Shown in pieces: positions 39,461 to 51,519 of a stretch of DNA of 64,000 bases (the first letter of the stretch is position 1; each line of letters starts with the position of its first letter). Both the position numbers and the translations under genes were made by a program. The notes below the pieces were generated by a model that worked only from the letters and a program-made list of their open reading frames with translations, did not search any database and was not told the DNA's origin. The stretch comes from Shigella phage ShigP1. The stretch is taken from the sequence record PQ818763; one strand, 5' to 3'.

Positions 39461-40429
39461 ATGGGACTTTTCGGAGGCGGGGGTAGTAAAACTACTTCCC
39501 AAATGATTCGCCCTGAATACATTCAACAGTATATTGACCAGCTTAACCAACAGATTGGTAATACTAGTTCAGGGGATTATGTCTATCGTGACAATGTAGG
39601 GTTTAATAACAATCAGACAGAGGCACTTAATAACCTAGCACAATCTGGCGCTTTGGGCACTCTCTCACAGCAATACATGGATGCAGCAGGTCAAGGGTTA
39701 GGGTATCTGGATAATGCCTATAAAGGCTATCAGAGCCTCTCTGGACAAGGTGGGATTACTGGAGAACAGATTGGTGCTCTCGCTGGTCAACTGTATGATG
39801 ATGACGCTGTGCAAGCAGCCATTACAGCTAATAATGAACAGGTTCAACAGAACTTGGCACGTAATGCTCTTCCTCAGTTAGCTCAACAGTATGCTGGTCA
39901 GCAGGGTTCAGGTGCTCGTATGGCTAAATCTTTTGCCCAAGGTGATGCTCTGAATCAGATGCAAGGGCAAGCAACAGATATTACCAATAGTGCATATAAC
40001 TCGGCTATCAGCCAAGCTGAAAGCATCCTCTCTGGTAATAGACAGAATCAGGCAGCTGCTCTCTCTGGTCTTTCTAATATTGGTTCTAACCTTTCTAACC
40101 TAGGTCAGCAGGGTGCTAATTTGTCTCAACAGCAAATAATGAATCAATGGAATGCAGGGTTGCAGCAACAACAGCAACAACAGAATGAATATGATAATGC
40201 CTACCAGAATGCTCAGAACGCAGCTAATTGGGGATGGCAAGATATCAATAACCAACTCGGTGCAGCAGGTGTACTTAACGGTGCTCTCGGACAAACTACA
40301 ACTACTAAAACATCTGGTGGCAAAGGTGGTTTCCTTGGTGGAGCTATGAGTGGTGCAGCAGCTGGCTCTTCCTTTGGACCTTGGGGTGCATTAGCTGGGG
40401 GTGTAATCGGTGGGTTGGCTAGTACTTAA
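39461..40429 (+). CDS. Gln/Asn-rich virion protein, paralog of 38396-39448
   Basis: Begins MGLFGGGGSKTT, ends in a Gly-rich hydrophobic tail; same composition. Confidence 0.45.
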   Translation: MGLFGGGGSKTTSQMIRPEYIQQYIDQLNQQIGNTSSGDYVYRDNVGFNNNQTEALNNLAQSGALGTLSQQYMDAAGQGLGYLDNAYKGYQSLSGQGGITGEQIGALAGQLYDDDAVQAAITANNEQVQQNLARNALPQLAQQYAGQQGSGARMAKSFAQGDALNQMQGQATDITNSAYNSAISQAESILSGNRQNQAAALSGLSNIGSNLSNLGQQGANLSQQQIMNQWNAGLQQQQQQQNEYDNAYQNAQNAANWGWQDINNQLGAAGVLNGALGQTTTTKTSGGKGGFLGGAMSGAAAGSSFGPWGALAGGVIGGLAST

Positions 40430-40442
40430 TTAGGAGATAAAT

Positions 40443-42098
40443 ATGCAACAGACAACTTACGCTCAGGTCAGAAGTCGTGACCCGAGAAATACTTTCTATG
40501 GTGTTAATCCGGGAGCGGCTTCGGCCTCTCCTTATATGGCTAGACCTACTCAGACAGCAGATATTTCTATGTATCAACGTCCTGCTGTACCTTCATCTCT
40601 TGCGGGTCTTGTCTCTCAGGCAGAGGAAGATCAGAATGCTATGGTTAATCCGGGATTCCAGCAACGTCTTATGGAACAGCAGAATCAAGGAACTCCTACC
40701 AGTCTTCAGGGTATTGATATTGGAGCACCGGCCCCTGTATCAGCTAATCCTAACCTATCCACTGATCAAGGTTTACAGGATGCTGGGCTTATGCCTAGTG
40801 GCCCTCTTCCGGTAACACCTCCTCCTAAACCACTAGAAGCTGGTCCTATGGAGTTTACTCCTTCTCAGGTGGAACAGGCACAGGGTGTGATTAATACTCT
40901 TGCTCAAGGACAAGACACTGGTGATGGAATGGCTGCTGCTACTCGTGCTAAAGATCAGGAACGTGTTAACAACGATATCTTGCAAGTTGCGAAAGCTAAA
41001 GACCCTTCGGAAGCTTGGAACAAACTACAGAAAGAACCATTCTACCAAAACTCCAGTTTCTACACAGGTTTGATGGGTGTAGGTCTTTCCATTATGTCAG
41101 GTAAGTCTCCTATTGAAGCTTTCCAGATTGGTCAGGGAATGGCTAATCAAGATGAGACTAAGAAGCAACTGGAAGCTAACCGTGATGCTCTGATTGAACA
41201 AGGCTTCTCTCAAGACTCGATTGCAGCTGCTATTGCTAACGGAGACCCGTCTCTACTGAAGATGAGAGCTGTAGACCCTGCTCAGAAAGAAGCGCTGTAT
41301 GCTGCTCGTGAAGAACGACAAAATGCTGAATGGGATAGACGTCAACAGATTCAAGAGCAGACTATGCGTGAGCGTGCTGAGGAAACTCGTCGTGCTGCTG
41401 AAGAAAGGGCTAATATGAACTTTGAACGTCAGAAAGAGTTGATTGGGTATCGTGATCAAGTCAAGGCTGAACGTGCTGAACAAGCTGCTCAGAGTTTTAA
41501 CTTTAACCCGAAAGAAGTTCGTCTTGCTCAGAATACAGCTGAAGGTACGGTTGCTAAGCAGTGGGCAGAGAAAGGTGGCCTGTTTAACCAGTCTAATAAA
41601 GACTTGGATTTGGCTGATAAGGCTGTTAAGGATAAAGACTATCAGACAGCTCGTTCTGCTTACATGCAAGCTATCATGAACTCCGCAAGGGCTGAAATCG
41701 GTGCTACTCGTTCTCTTACCGAAGAAGACTTGGGGCACTTTGCAGAAGACCCGTCAATCTTCGTTCGTGTTGGCAACAAGTTTGCACTGAAGTCTGGATG
41801 GCGTCCTACTGATTCTGCTCTTGCTTATGCTCGTAAGCAAGCTAACGTTGGTCATACCTCTGCAATGAAAGGTGTTGCTGATGCTAAGAGAGCTACGATT
41901 GAAGCTTACATTGGTTCTGGTATGGATAAGAAGAGAGCTACTGCATTGGTCAACCGTGCAATCCCTTCTGGTGGTTTCTATGACCCTCTAGGTGTTTTCT
42001 CTGAACAAGCAGAAGAAGCGGTTGGTGGTGCAGCAACCAATCCTAAGCTTAATGGTGCTCTATCAGCTGTTGAAGATACGAGCTGGTTCACTCAATAA
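40443..42098 (+). CDS. internal virion protein (551 aa)
   Basis: Position; charged coiled-coil central region. Confidence 0.4.
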   Translation: MQQTTYAQVRSRDPRNTFYGVNPGAASASPYMARPTQTADISMYQRPAVPSSLAGLVSQAEEDQNAMVNPGFQQRLMEQQNQGTPTSLQGIDIGAPAPVSANPNLSTDQGLQDAGLMPSGPLPVTPPPKPLEAGPMEFTPSQVEQAQGVINTLAQGQDTGDGMAAATRAKDQERVNNDILQVAKAKDPSEAWNKLQKEPFYQNSSFYTGLMGVGLSIMSGKSPIEAFQIGQGMANQDETKKQLEANRDALIEQGFSQDSIAAAIANGDPSLLKMRAVDPAQKEALYAAREERQNAEWDRRQQIQEQTMRERAEETRRAAEERANMNFERQKELIGYRDQVKAERAEQAAQSFNFNPKEVRLAQNTAEGTVAKQWAEKGGLFNQSNKDLDLADKAVKDKDYQTARSAYMQAIMNSARAEIGATRSLTEEDLGHFAEDPSIFVRVGNKFALKSGWRPTDSALAYARKQANVGHTSAMKGVADAKRATIEAYIGSGMDKKRATALVNRAIPSGGFYDPLGVFSEQAEEAVGGAATNPKLNGALSAVEDTSWFTQ

Positions 42099-42165
42099 GA
42101 CCTAAGTCCTGCCTTCTATAATGTATATAGGGGGTAGGACATTTTTATTTATAAAAGGAGACGTT

Positions 42166-45100
42166 ATGGCTAACATTAAACCGTGGGAAGAAGCTTCCAA
42201 AGCTCCTGCGTATCTGAATGCCTCTCCGGAGCAACAAGCTCAAATGAGAGAACAATATAAGGCAGCAGGTGGCTCTATTCCTGAGGAACAGCCAGTAGCA
42301 CAACCACAACAAGAAGAACGTGGTGCTATAGGTGAGTTTGCTCAAGGTGTGTCAAATGCTCTTCAATCTGGTGGTGCAAATATTGCAGCTAGTGCTGCTA
42401 AAGGTATTGGTGGTTTAGTTGAGATTGGTGAGAATCTAGCTGGAGCACAAACTAGTTATGGTAAGCGTATCCAAGAGAACTCTCAGAATCTTCTGAAAGA
42501 ACGTATGGATAAGATTGAGGATGGGATTGGTAAAACTGTAGGTCAGTATGCTGGCGTTGCTGGTGATATTGGTATGACTGTTGCTAACCCATTGGCTGCT
42601 GCTGCTATCATCGCAGGTCGTGAGACAGGTCGTGCATATGCAGACCAAACCCCTGAAGAGGGGGAAGATAAATCTATTCTAGATGCAGCCTTGGTTGGTG
42701 GTGCTAACTATGCGGCTCAGAGAATCCTTCCGGGCGCTGTTGGTACAGCTGAGTCCACACTTGGACGTATTGGTCAGAACGTTGCTACTAACGCAGTGGC
42801 TGGTGCTAAAGGTGGTGCTCTTGTAGGTGCTGCTGAAGCTCAGAACAAGCATGGAGATGATACAACCTTTGCTAATGTATTAGAGGGTGCTATCGAAGAA
42901 GGTGCTATGGGTGCTGCATTCGGTGGTGCAGTTGGTGGGGTTCATGGTTTGATTAGCCGTCCGGATTCTGCTGTCTTCAAGAACACTCCAGAGTATGCGA
43001 AGACCGATATTGCTGCTGATGATGAACTGATTCGTAGTGCTAAGAATATTGATGAATTGAAAGAAGCTTACTCTAAAGCTGAAACTGCTAACGCTGCTTC
43101 TGCTCTGAACCTTCTGGATGAGAATGGATTCCGTATTACAGATGCTGTTGCTGTAGATTCTCCTGCCGCTCAGCGTATTCTTAATACTGACCAAGCTCGT
43201 GCTGAGAAAGCTGCTTCCGTTCAGAAAGAACATTCCAACATTCCGGGCCTCAACCCTTTAGCTTCTCCTGCTAAGACTCGTGGTAAAGCATTCGCTGATA
43301 ACGAGCACAACCAGAAGCAGGCTGTTGCTATGAAGGATGCAATGGCTGACTACACCAAAGACAACACGAAAGCTCTTACAGATGTTCTAGATAATCTAGA
43401 CCGTGAATTAACCTCTCTCCGAGCTTCTGGTGATTTTACTGGTAGTCCGATTGATATTAAGAATCGTACACAAGCCGACCGTGACTTCATTGATGCTTAC
43501 AAGACTTTCTATAATGAAGCAAATCGATTCAAAGCTCGTGATGGTGAAGACTTTAACAACTTTGTAGAGAAAGCTGCTGAACTACAGAAGATGGCTGATA
43601 ATGTTTCTCCAGAGATGAAGAAAGCTATTGGTGGGTTGAAGAAACTGAAAGGTATGCCTGAAGGTTTTAATCCTATTCAAGATGCTTACACTCTGAACAA
43701 TACAGCTAAGTTCATGAGCAATCAAGACCGTGGTTGGACTTCCCTGACTGATGATGGATTCCGTGAGGCTTCTTCACCTAGTCTGGTAATGAACACTCTT
43801 GGTGCTGCTAAGTATGCTCTGAATCGCTTCTCTTCTCAGCGTGCTCGCTCTCAACGTGTTAAGCAACAAGAATCTAACAGCGAAGCTATCCGCTCTCTTG
43901 CTCGTGGTGATTTGGAAGTTGCTCGTGCTAAATCTACTGCTGATGAAGCTCGTGCTAAAATGGAAGAAGAACCAGTTGTTGATGACATTAAATTTAAGAC
44001 GCAAAATGACGTGGAAACCGAACCGGTTCGGGAGCCTTCTTCTAGTACTGTGACGGAAGAAAATCTTCCTTCTTCTGCTCCTCAAGAAACTCCTCTTACA
44101 GCTCGTGATTTAGTTGCGCAAAGACGCGCTATCCGTCAGGCTGAACAGCGTCGCGCTGAAGAAGAGGCATTGGCTGCTCAAGAAGCTCCGGTCGAACAAA
44201 CTCCACAGGCTGAACCTCTCCCTGCTCGTAACCCTCTAGAGGAGCGTCGTGCAATGGAACAGCAACGTGCTCAAGAAGAGGCCGCACAGGCTCCAGAACC
44301 AACCGTAGAGGAACCAACAGTCAAAGCTGAGCCATTACCTGCTCGTGCTCCTAAAGCTCCTAAGGAAGCTGTACAGGACGTTAAACCGGCAAGTGGTGTA
44401 GAACGTTTAGCTGCTATGTCTAGTGCTGCTCGTCAGGCTACTAAAGATCGTGCAGAACGTTTTGCTCGTTCTCTGTACTCTAAGGCTGCTAAAGCTAAAG
44501 CTACTGCTGAAAACTTCTTGGCCTATAAAGGTGATCCTAAGGAACTGATGCGTCGTATTCGTCAGGAAGATAATGCTATCAACACTGAACGTCATGAAGA
44601 AATGGCTCGTAACCAGCTGGCTTCTCAGCAAGGTATTGCTACTGCTAAGAACAACACTGTACGAACTAATTTTGCTGAGTGGGTTAAGGAACGTGGTCTG
44701 CCAGAAGACATTGCTACTAAGGCATTACGTGCTGAAGAGAAAGGTTTAGGTGGGAACGTAACTAACTTGGATAGTCTGAAACGTCGTGCTGAAAGGTTGT
44801 ATCAGAAGCAGCGTGAGGATGAGTTTGATAGATTATATCAACAAGCTCTAGAAGAGAACAAAGCTTTCGATAAGAAGGATGCTCCTAAACTGGTTGACCA
44901 GAAGAAAGAGCTTCAGTCTGAGATTGATGCTTTGATTGATTCAGAACCTTTACGTCCTGCTCAGAAAGATGCTATGCGTAAGCTGATGAATGACTTTGTA
45001 GATGGGAAGTTTAAATCTTCAGAGAAGGCTGGCAGGGAAGAGGCTTTGGAAGTTGGTCAGATGAAGGATATTTGGGATGGGTTTATTAACACCTACAACA

Positions 45101-46587
45101 GAGAAGTGAATGCCTTCAACAAAGCTAACAAGAACTCTCAGTACGAAGCTGCTGCTAAGCATTTACAGGCTCGTGAAGAACGTCTTGCTACTCTGAAAAA
45201 CAAAGCTCAGGCTCGTTCAGATGCTAAGGCTGCTGTTGAGAATGAACGTAAAACTTTAGAGGCTATTGCAGCTCAGAAGAGTGAGATTGAGAAGATGATG
45301 GAAGGTTTACCTAAACCTGTTCGTGAGGCTCAGGAATCTCGTACATTGAAACAGTTGGCTGCTCACCATGACAAGAACTCTCCAGTTCCTCCAGAGAAGT
45401 TCCGTAGTTACATTGAACGTATCCACAACGCCGAGTCAGATTACCTTGATCGTCAGCGTCGTTTAACTGATGCAGAGGAAGATGCTCGTCAGGCCAAGTG
45501 GAACAAGATGTACGAGCAAGCGGAAGAGATGAACCGTAAGTTTGATGTGGACAAGAGAGTTAAGCGCAGTGAAGAGCTTAAAGCGGCCCAAGAGCGTGAG
45601 AATGATCTTATGGCAGTACAACGTCAACGTGATGACATTCATCGCCGCCTGATGCGTACTATGGAAGATAAGGGCATATCTAGAGAGGATGCTGAAGCAT
45701 TTGCTGGTTCCTATATGGATAACCGTTATGCACTTCTTGAGAAGCCTATGACTCCTACTGAACATCAGAATGCTCGTTCTCGTATCGAAGCTGATGTTGA
45801 GAAGTTTGCTAAGAAGTACGAATCAATGACTCCTATCGAGAAAGAGATTGTTAAGGTTACTGGAGATACTGAAGGTAAGCTTGATAACTTGGATGCGGAT
45901 ACTAGGAAGGCTATTGAGGAGGCTCAGAAGGTTGACTCTGATATTAAGAAACTGCAAGAGGAAGAATTGGAGATGGAGAAGATTCGTTCTGCTCTGCCTG
46001 ATGATGAAAAATCTCAAGCAAATTCTGATATCTTGGAAAGCATTAAACAACAGGAAGAGGTCTTTGCTGATAAAGTAGAGAAAGCTTTCTTGAGTGGGAA
46101 GAGCTTGGATGAGTTGGCTAGTGTGGCTGAAGTTTTAGACAGGGTTCATGGTGCAGATAAGGCTGGTAACAACCGTCGCTTTGTACGTGCATTGCAGACT
46201 GCTGCTGAAAACAAGAAGAAGTATGGTGATAATCCAGTAGCTTGGTTTAGTGCTGATGATTACTCTGCCATTGCTAAACTTGGTGCTTCTTCCGCAGGTG
46301 GTAACAAATCCAGAGCACTGGAGAAGATCTTTGGTTCTACAGCTGAACAGGCTAAGAGTAAGTTGCTTGGTAGGGATGATGTAGCGAAGATGAGACGTGT
46401 AATTGAAGAGAACCCTGATATTAAGATTCCTTCTTACAAGACAACGAATCGTACTGAGTACTTGAAGTTCTTGGAGAAGTTTAATGACGAAGGGAAGCCG
46501 AAGATTAAACGTGGCTCATTGTCAGAGAAGCTTGAACGCAGTAAGCGTCAATCGAGACTCCGTGTAAGAGTTCGACCTAAGGAGTGA
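42166..46587 (+). CDS. large internal virion or ejection protein (tape-measure-like), about 1473 aa
   Basis: Track ORF trimmed to ATG 42166 (AAAAGGAG upstream); Gly/Ala-rich hydrophobic N-terminal third, long charged helical remainder; last gene of the structural block. Confidence 0.45.
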   Translation: MANIKPWEEASKAPAYLNASPEQQAQMREQYKAAGGSIPEEQPVAQPQQEERGAIGEFAQGVSNALQSGGANIAASAAKGIGGLVEIGENLAGAQTSYGKRIQENSQNLLKERMDKIEDGIGKTVGQYAGVAGDIGMTVANPLAAAAIIAGRETGRAYADQTPEEGEDKSILDAALVGGANYAAQRILPGAVGTAESTLGRIGQNVATNAVAGAKGGALVGAAEAQNKHGDDTTFANVLEGAIEEGAMGAAFGGAVGGVHGLISRPDSAVFKNTPEYAKTDIAADDELIRSAKNIDELKEAYSKAETANAASALNLLDENGFRITDAVAVDSPAAQRILNTDQARAEKAASVQKEHSNIPGLNPLASPAKTRGKAFADNEHNQKQAVAMKDAMADYTKDNTKALTDVLDNLDRELTSLRASGDFTGSPIDIKNRTQADRDFIDAYKTFYNEANRFKARDGEDFNNFVEKAAELQKMADNVSPEMKKAIGGLKKLKGMPEGFNPIQDAYTLNNTAKFMSNQDRGWTSLTDDGFREASSPSLVMNTLGAAKYALNRFSSQRARSQRVKQQESNSEAIRSLARGDLEVARAKSTADEARAKMEEEPVVDDIKFKTQNDVETEPVREPSSSTVTEENLPSSAPQETPLTARDLVAQRRAIRQAEQRRAEEEALAAQEAPVEQTPQAEPLPARNPLEERRAMEQQRAQEEAAQAPEPTVEEPTVKAEPLPARAPKAPKEAVQDVKPASGVERLAAMSSAARQATKDRAERFARSLYSKAAKAKATAENFLAYKGDPKELMRRIRQEDNAINTERHEEMARNQLASQQGIATAKNNTVRTNFAEWVKERGLPEDIATKALRAEEKGLGGNVTNLDSLKRRAERLYQKQREDEFDRLYQQALEENKAFDKKDAPKLVDQKKELQSEIDALIDSEPLRPAQKDAMRKLMNDFVDGKFKSSEKAGREEALEVGQMKDIWDGFINTYNREVNAFNKANKNSQYEAAAKHLQAREERLATLKNKAQARSDAKAAVENERKTLEAIAAQKSEIEKMMEGLPKPVREAQESRTLKQLAAHHDKNSPVPPEKFRSYIERIHNAESDYLDRQRRLTDAEEDARQAKWNKMYEQAEEMNRKFDVDKRVKRSEELKAAQERENDLMAVQRQRDDIHRRLMRTMEDKGISREDAEAFAGSYMDNRYALLEKPMTPTEHQNARSRIEADVEKFAKKYESMTPIEKEIVKVTGDTEGKLDNLDADTRKAIEEAQKVDSDIKKLQEEELEMEKIRSALPDDEKSQANSDILESIKQQEEVFADKVEKAFLSGKSLDELASVAEVLDRVHGADKAGNNRRFVRALQTAAENKKKYGDNPVAWFSADDYSAIAKLGASSAGGNKSRALEKIFGSTAEQAKSKLLGRDDVAKMRRVIEENPDIKIPSYKTTNRTEYLKFLEKFNDEGKPKIKRGSLSEKLERSKRQSRLRVRVRPKE

Positions 46588-46631
46588 TAAAAGAAAAGCC
46601 CTCAAGGAGAAATCCAAGAGGGCTTTATTAT

Positions 46632-46997
46632 TTAACGTCCCCAATCTTTATTGGTAAACGTTTTTAGTCGGTGACAGTTCGCACAAAGTGTTTGAAGATT
46701 TTCTTCTCTATTATCTTTGTGATTACCGTTTATGTGATCTACATCTAATTGACAAGTGTGTTTAGGGACGAAACCACACAACTCGCACACTTCTTTCTTA
46801 AAGTCTACGTATGGCGATTTATATCGTCTAGTACGTTCTCTGTGTGCATCCATATTCTCGTACTCTCTTTTATTGCAAGGAGAGCACAAAGGTGCAAACT
46901 TTCCACCACCTTTTGATTTCTGAGGGTTCTTGTTGCACAAAACACAAAGACCACGAACATTAGATGGCTCTGTTTTTCTAAACCTCCATGTTCCCAT
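46632..46997 (-). CDS. HNH endonuclease
   Basis: CxxC ... DVDHINGNHKDN ... LQTLCANCH motif. Confidence 0.7.
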   Translation of the reverse strand: MGTWRFRKTEPSNVRGLCVLCNKNPQKSKGGGKFAPLCSPCNKREYENMDAHRERTRRYKSPYVDFKKEVCELCGFVPKHTCQLDVDHINGNHKDNREENLQTLCANCHRLKTFTNKDWGR

Positions 46998-47053
46998 TAA
47001 TCCTCCTTGAAGGGGCTTTATTTGTTTCTATATGCTAGAATCCATCAAATTCA

Positions 47054-47314
47054 TCATACATCCCAATTTTCTTCTTCGAAGTCAATCATATAGACCTCCC
47101 AATCATCTGCAAATAAATCACCCTGAGATGGAATCCATCCGGGCTGAATAATACCTTGAGCGTTCTTTAAGACCAAATATGGGGCAAAACGGTATTGACC
47201 TACAGTATCAACTTTATCACCTACTTTAAAAATGAACTGGTTTGCACCATTCCAACCAGAGCGGGTAATCTTTTTCCCTTCTTTTACTTTCTCAAGTGCT
47301 AAACTAAAATCCAT
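47054..47314 (-). CDS. DUF2829-family small protein (Tad2-family-like candidate)
   Basis: ALEKVKEGKKITRSGWNG ... WIPSQGDLFADDWEV resembles the DUF2829 pattern as recalled. Confidence 0.45.
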   Translation of the reverse strand: MDFSLALEKVKEGKKITRSGWNGANQFIFKVGDKVDTVGQYRFAPYLVLKNAQGIIQPGWIPSQGDLFADDWEVYMIDFEEENWDV

Positions 47315-47322
47315 TTGTTCTC

Positions 47323-47550
47323 CTAGATTAAATCATAATACTTAATAATATCAGAGAGTTTGAACTCTCGAATCTCATCCTTCTCTACATCAATCGCTGT
47401 CATAATCCAACAAGGTTTGCCACCGTTATGAAAACGGGAGCTAGCAACGGAGGTTCGGAGTGGAATAACGGACCGGTCAGCGATCTCACCTCTCCAATTG
47501 CGATAGCGAAAGCGAAGCACTTGTTGCGTAGATTTTTGATCATCACTCAT
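47323..47550 (-). CDS. hypothetical protein (75 aa)
   Basis: Track ORF trimmed to ATG 47548-47550, which overlaps the upstream stop by 8 nt. Confidence 0.4.
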   Translation of the reverse strand: MSDDQKSTQQVLRFRYRNWRGEIADRSVIPLRTSVASSRFHNGGKPCWIMTAIDVEKDEIREFKLSDIIKYYDLI

Positions 47551-47944
47551 TTCCTTTTTTGAATTGTTTTCTTGCATCATTTTCCATCTTAGTTTTAATC
47601 TTATGACAAGGGTCTTTACACAGAACCTGAAAACCTTCTTTCTCACATAGAGCACGAGAGATGATTTCATCCCAAGTTGCTTCATGGTCAAGAGGAACTA
47701 TAGGCTCTATGTGGTCAATAGCCATATCCTTTACAGGGTGGTCAGAACCACACATGGCACACTTGAAGTGCATTGCCAGTCTACCTGTCTTTGGATTAAT
47801 CTTCTGCTCTGTCTTGGCGTCTGCTAGTGCATCGAACATGGGCTTCCACTTTCTAGTCAGAGAACGAATCCCGGACTTGATGAAAGAGTTGTAACGAGCT
47901 TCAGTCCACATTCCACTACAGCGAGTCTTCTCAGACTTCGCCAT
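47543..47944 (-). CDS. HNH endonuclease
   Basis: CAMCG ... AIDHIEPI ... LC..CHK motif. Confidence 0.6.
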   Translation of the reverse strand: MAKSEKTRCSGMWTEARYNSFIKSGIRSLTRKWKPMFDALADAKTEQKINPKTGRLAMHFKCAMCGSDHPVKDMAIDHIEPIVPLDHEATWDEIISRALCEKEGFQVLCKDPCHKIKTKMENDARKQFKKGNE

Positions 47945-48123
47945 AATCAGCTTCTTCCCAAACTCGTTTGTTTACACGATGGCTCACCTTACCCTCACGA
48001 GGAATACGACCAGTTCTCTGATCAAACAGTTGATGTTTAATCTTTTGGTCTTTACGAGATTCACGATTGGAGGAGTTTTCATCATATGAACGATAATCAA
48101 ATTTACCCATTATAATATCCTTA

Positions 48124-48942
48124 TTACCAAGATTTATCTAACCATGTCCAGTCGAACAGGTCTTCCGGAGTCTGACCAACAAAGAGCAGCCGAGCATTCT
48201 CAAGCATCTTCTCTTCATCTTCAGTATCGAACTTCTTATAATATTCCATTCGTACTATATGATACATGGTCCACTTATCTGTAACACCAGCCAATAGTTT
48301 AGCTGCTGCTTTCTTCCCTATTCCTTGACGTCGAAGCTGGAGCTTACCACCCCACATAACTTCTTCACGTTCTCCACATCCGGGGATATTATCTGTACCA
48401 TCTCCAATCAACATTTGATAGAAGAAGTTTTGCCATGAAACTAAATCAGATACATAGTGAGGAGGAACCTCTTTCTGTCTTTCTCCACAAGCCCAACGGT
48501 AGTGCCATCCGGGAGTTATCAACAAATCCTTGTCTCTAGTACAGATGATAGTGTTTTTATCCCTACGTTGCCTTTCAGCTAGTGCATCATCAGCCTCTCT
48601 CCCAAATACATCTATGTATTCATATTTACCTTTAATGTAATCACCAACATTTTGCCAGTGAAAAGGTCTTTCTCCGGGAGGTCTGTTTGCCTTGTAGTCT
48701 TGCTGCTTAGCAACATCAAAACGGAAATTACCACCTTCGCTGAAGTAGAACACAACCTTACTACAACCTGATCGAGCTATGATTGTATCAATCTTATACT
48801 GAAGTCGTTCAATCATGAAATTGTAATCAACTGGAACACGTCCTGTGTCAAGAAAGGGATGCTCCTGAGTAAGAGCACCCACTTCATATCGAAGAACGTC
48901 AGCATCCACTATAGCTACCTCAGGGAGCTTAACGTCTTCCAT
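48124..48942 (-). CDS. 5'-3' exonuclease / flap endonuclease
   Basis: Acidic clusters DADVLRY, DDALAE, TRDKDLL and helix-hairpin-helix LIGDGTDNIPGCGE...GKKAAAKLL. Confidence 0.7.
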   Translation of the reverse strand: MEDVKLPEVAIVDADVLRYEVGALTQEHPFLDTGRVPVDYNFMIERLQYKIDTIIARSGCSKVVFYFSEGGNFRFDVAKQQDYKANRPPGERPFHWQNVGDYIKGKYEYIDVFGREADDALAERQRRDKNTIICTRDKDLLITPGWHYRWACGERQKEVPPHYVSDLVSWQNFFYQMLIGDGTDNIPGCGEREEVMWGGKLQLRRQGIGKKAAAKLLAGVTDKWTMYHIVRMEYYKKFDTEDEEKMLENARLLFVGQTPEDLFDWTWLDKSW

Positions 48943-48943
48943 A

Positions 48944-49470
48944 TTATTCTCCTAACAGCTTACGGATTTCATTGCGGAAGTTATCATACTCTTCAGGGTA
49001 TTCAAACCCACACTCAAGAAGGGCGTAGTGAACAACCTTCAACAAATCCTGAACCTTATTCTTATCTTTGTGTCGATAAGCGTATTTGATCATATTGGTT
49101 TGTTGGAAGTTCAACTGAGGGTTTGCATGGTAAAACTCAACAGGCTGAATGATTTTAGATTCAGGGTTATAGTGTGCACCCCCAACCATAGTGTCTAAAG
49201 CTGGACTTCTTTTGCTGGTTTGTTCAGTTGTAGGCTTAAAACTGACTACAGGAACAGAGGAATAAATTGGATACTCTTCACCTACTGGCGGCTTTACTAT
49301 CAACCTTTTCATTGCATACCGAATTTCTGTATCAGCAGAACACGAAGAGATTTCTTCAACAGATTTACGATAGCTATCAATAACTGCACGTAACATAGAA
49401 ATCGTTCTGGTCTTATCTCTTAATTTGTGACACAGATCAGCAATCTCTTCTTCCATAAGGTTAAACTTAT

Positions 49471-49480
<10 letters not shown>
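48944..49480 (-). CDS. DUF3310-like protein
   Basis: C-terminal GGAHYNPESKIIQPVEFYHANPQLNFQQTNMIKYAYRHKDKNKVQDLLKVVHYAL matches the DUF3310 pattern as recalled. Confidence 0.4.
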
Positions 49481-50966
<1,486 letters not shown>

Positions 50967-50967
<1 letters not shown>

Positions 50968-51227
50968 TATTCTATTCCACGCTCTTTCAGAGCTTCTAAC
51001 AATCCATTGTGATTGGCAGCACATTCTGTGTACTGGTCCTGATACCACTCCAACGTAGTGGCTAATGCTTTTCCTTGAGCACTTTCTAAAAGAGGCAGGT
51101 CAACCCTACATTCAGCTTTTAGGTTTGTTGGTAAGGGCATTGATTGCCTGCTGTTGTCGCTCGTTGAACAAGCTGACATACTCATCACTAGCGCAGACAT
51201 TATAAAAAACTGGTTTAGTTTTCTCAT
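50967..51227 (-). CDS. putative o-spanin (Rz1-like outer-membrane lipoprotein)
   Basis: Signal peptide MRKLNQFFIMSALVMSMSAC with lipobox-like SAC; Pro-containing mature part; starts inside the i-spanin candidate in another frame and extends past its stop. Confidence 0.45.
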
Positions 51228-51462
51228 AATGCATCTCTTTATAAACGGTTTCCGTGTTCTTCTTCCAGTTAGATAAACCGGTAAGAACTCTCTGAGCAAC
51301 TTCATCAGCTGCTCTACTTCTTTCAATCTCTAACTCTTGCTGGTGCTTCTCTTTGTCCAGATTACTGCTGTCTGTTTGATATTCGTTAAACTTCATACCA
51401 CCAAAGAATACAAGAGCTGAGAAAACGATAAACCCTAAGTTATCACTTAATGTGTTTTGCAT
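51112..51462 (-). CDS. putative i-spanin (Rz-like)
   Basis: N-terminal transmembrane helix LGFIVFSALVFFGG then periplasmic coiled coil; start trimmed to ATG 51462 (GGAG upstream). Confidence 0.45.
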   Translation of the reverse strand: MQNTLSDNLGFIVFSALVFFGGMKFNEYQTDSSNLDKEKHQQELEIERSRAADEVAQRVLTGLSNWKKNTETVYKEMHYEKTKPVFYNVCASDEYVSLFNERQQQAINALTNKPKS

Positions 51463-51473
51463 GTTGTCTCCAA

Positions 51474-51498
51474 CGAAAAAAGCCACCCGGAGGTGGCT
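51474..51498 (-). terminator. rho-independent terminator (minus strand)
   Basis: AGCCACC-TCCG-GGTGGCT followed by TTTTTTCG on the minus strand. Confidence 0.6.
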
Positions 51499-51519
51499 AA
51501 GCTATAACAAGGAGAGTTA

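Noticed and set aside
42166-46587. Calling the 1473-aa protein a siphovirus tape-measure protein
   Set aside because: No tail-tube, tail-terminator or baseplate genes were recognised, and the module contains a lytic transglycosylase and large internal-type proteins as in podoviruses. Kept as a large internal or ejection protein with tape-measure-like composition.
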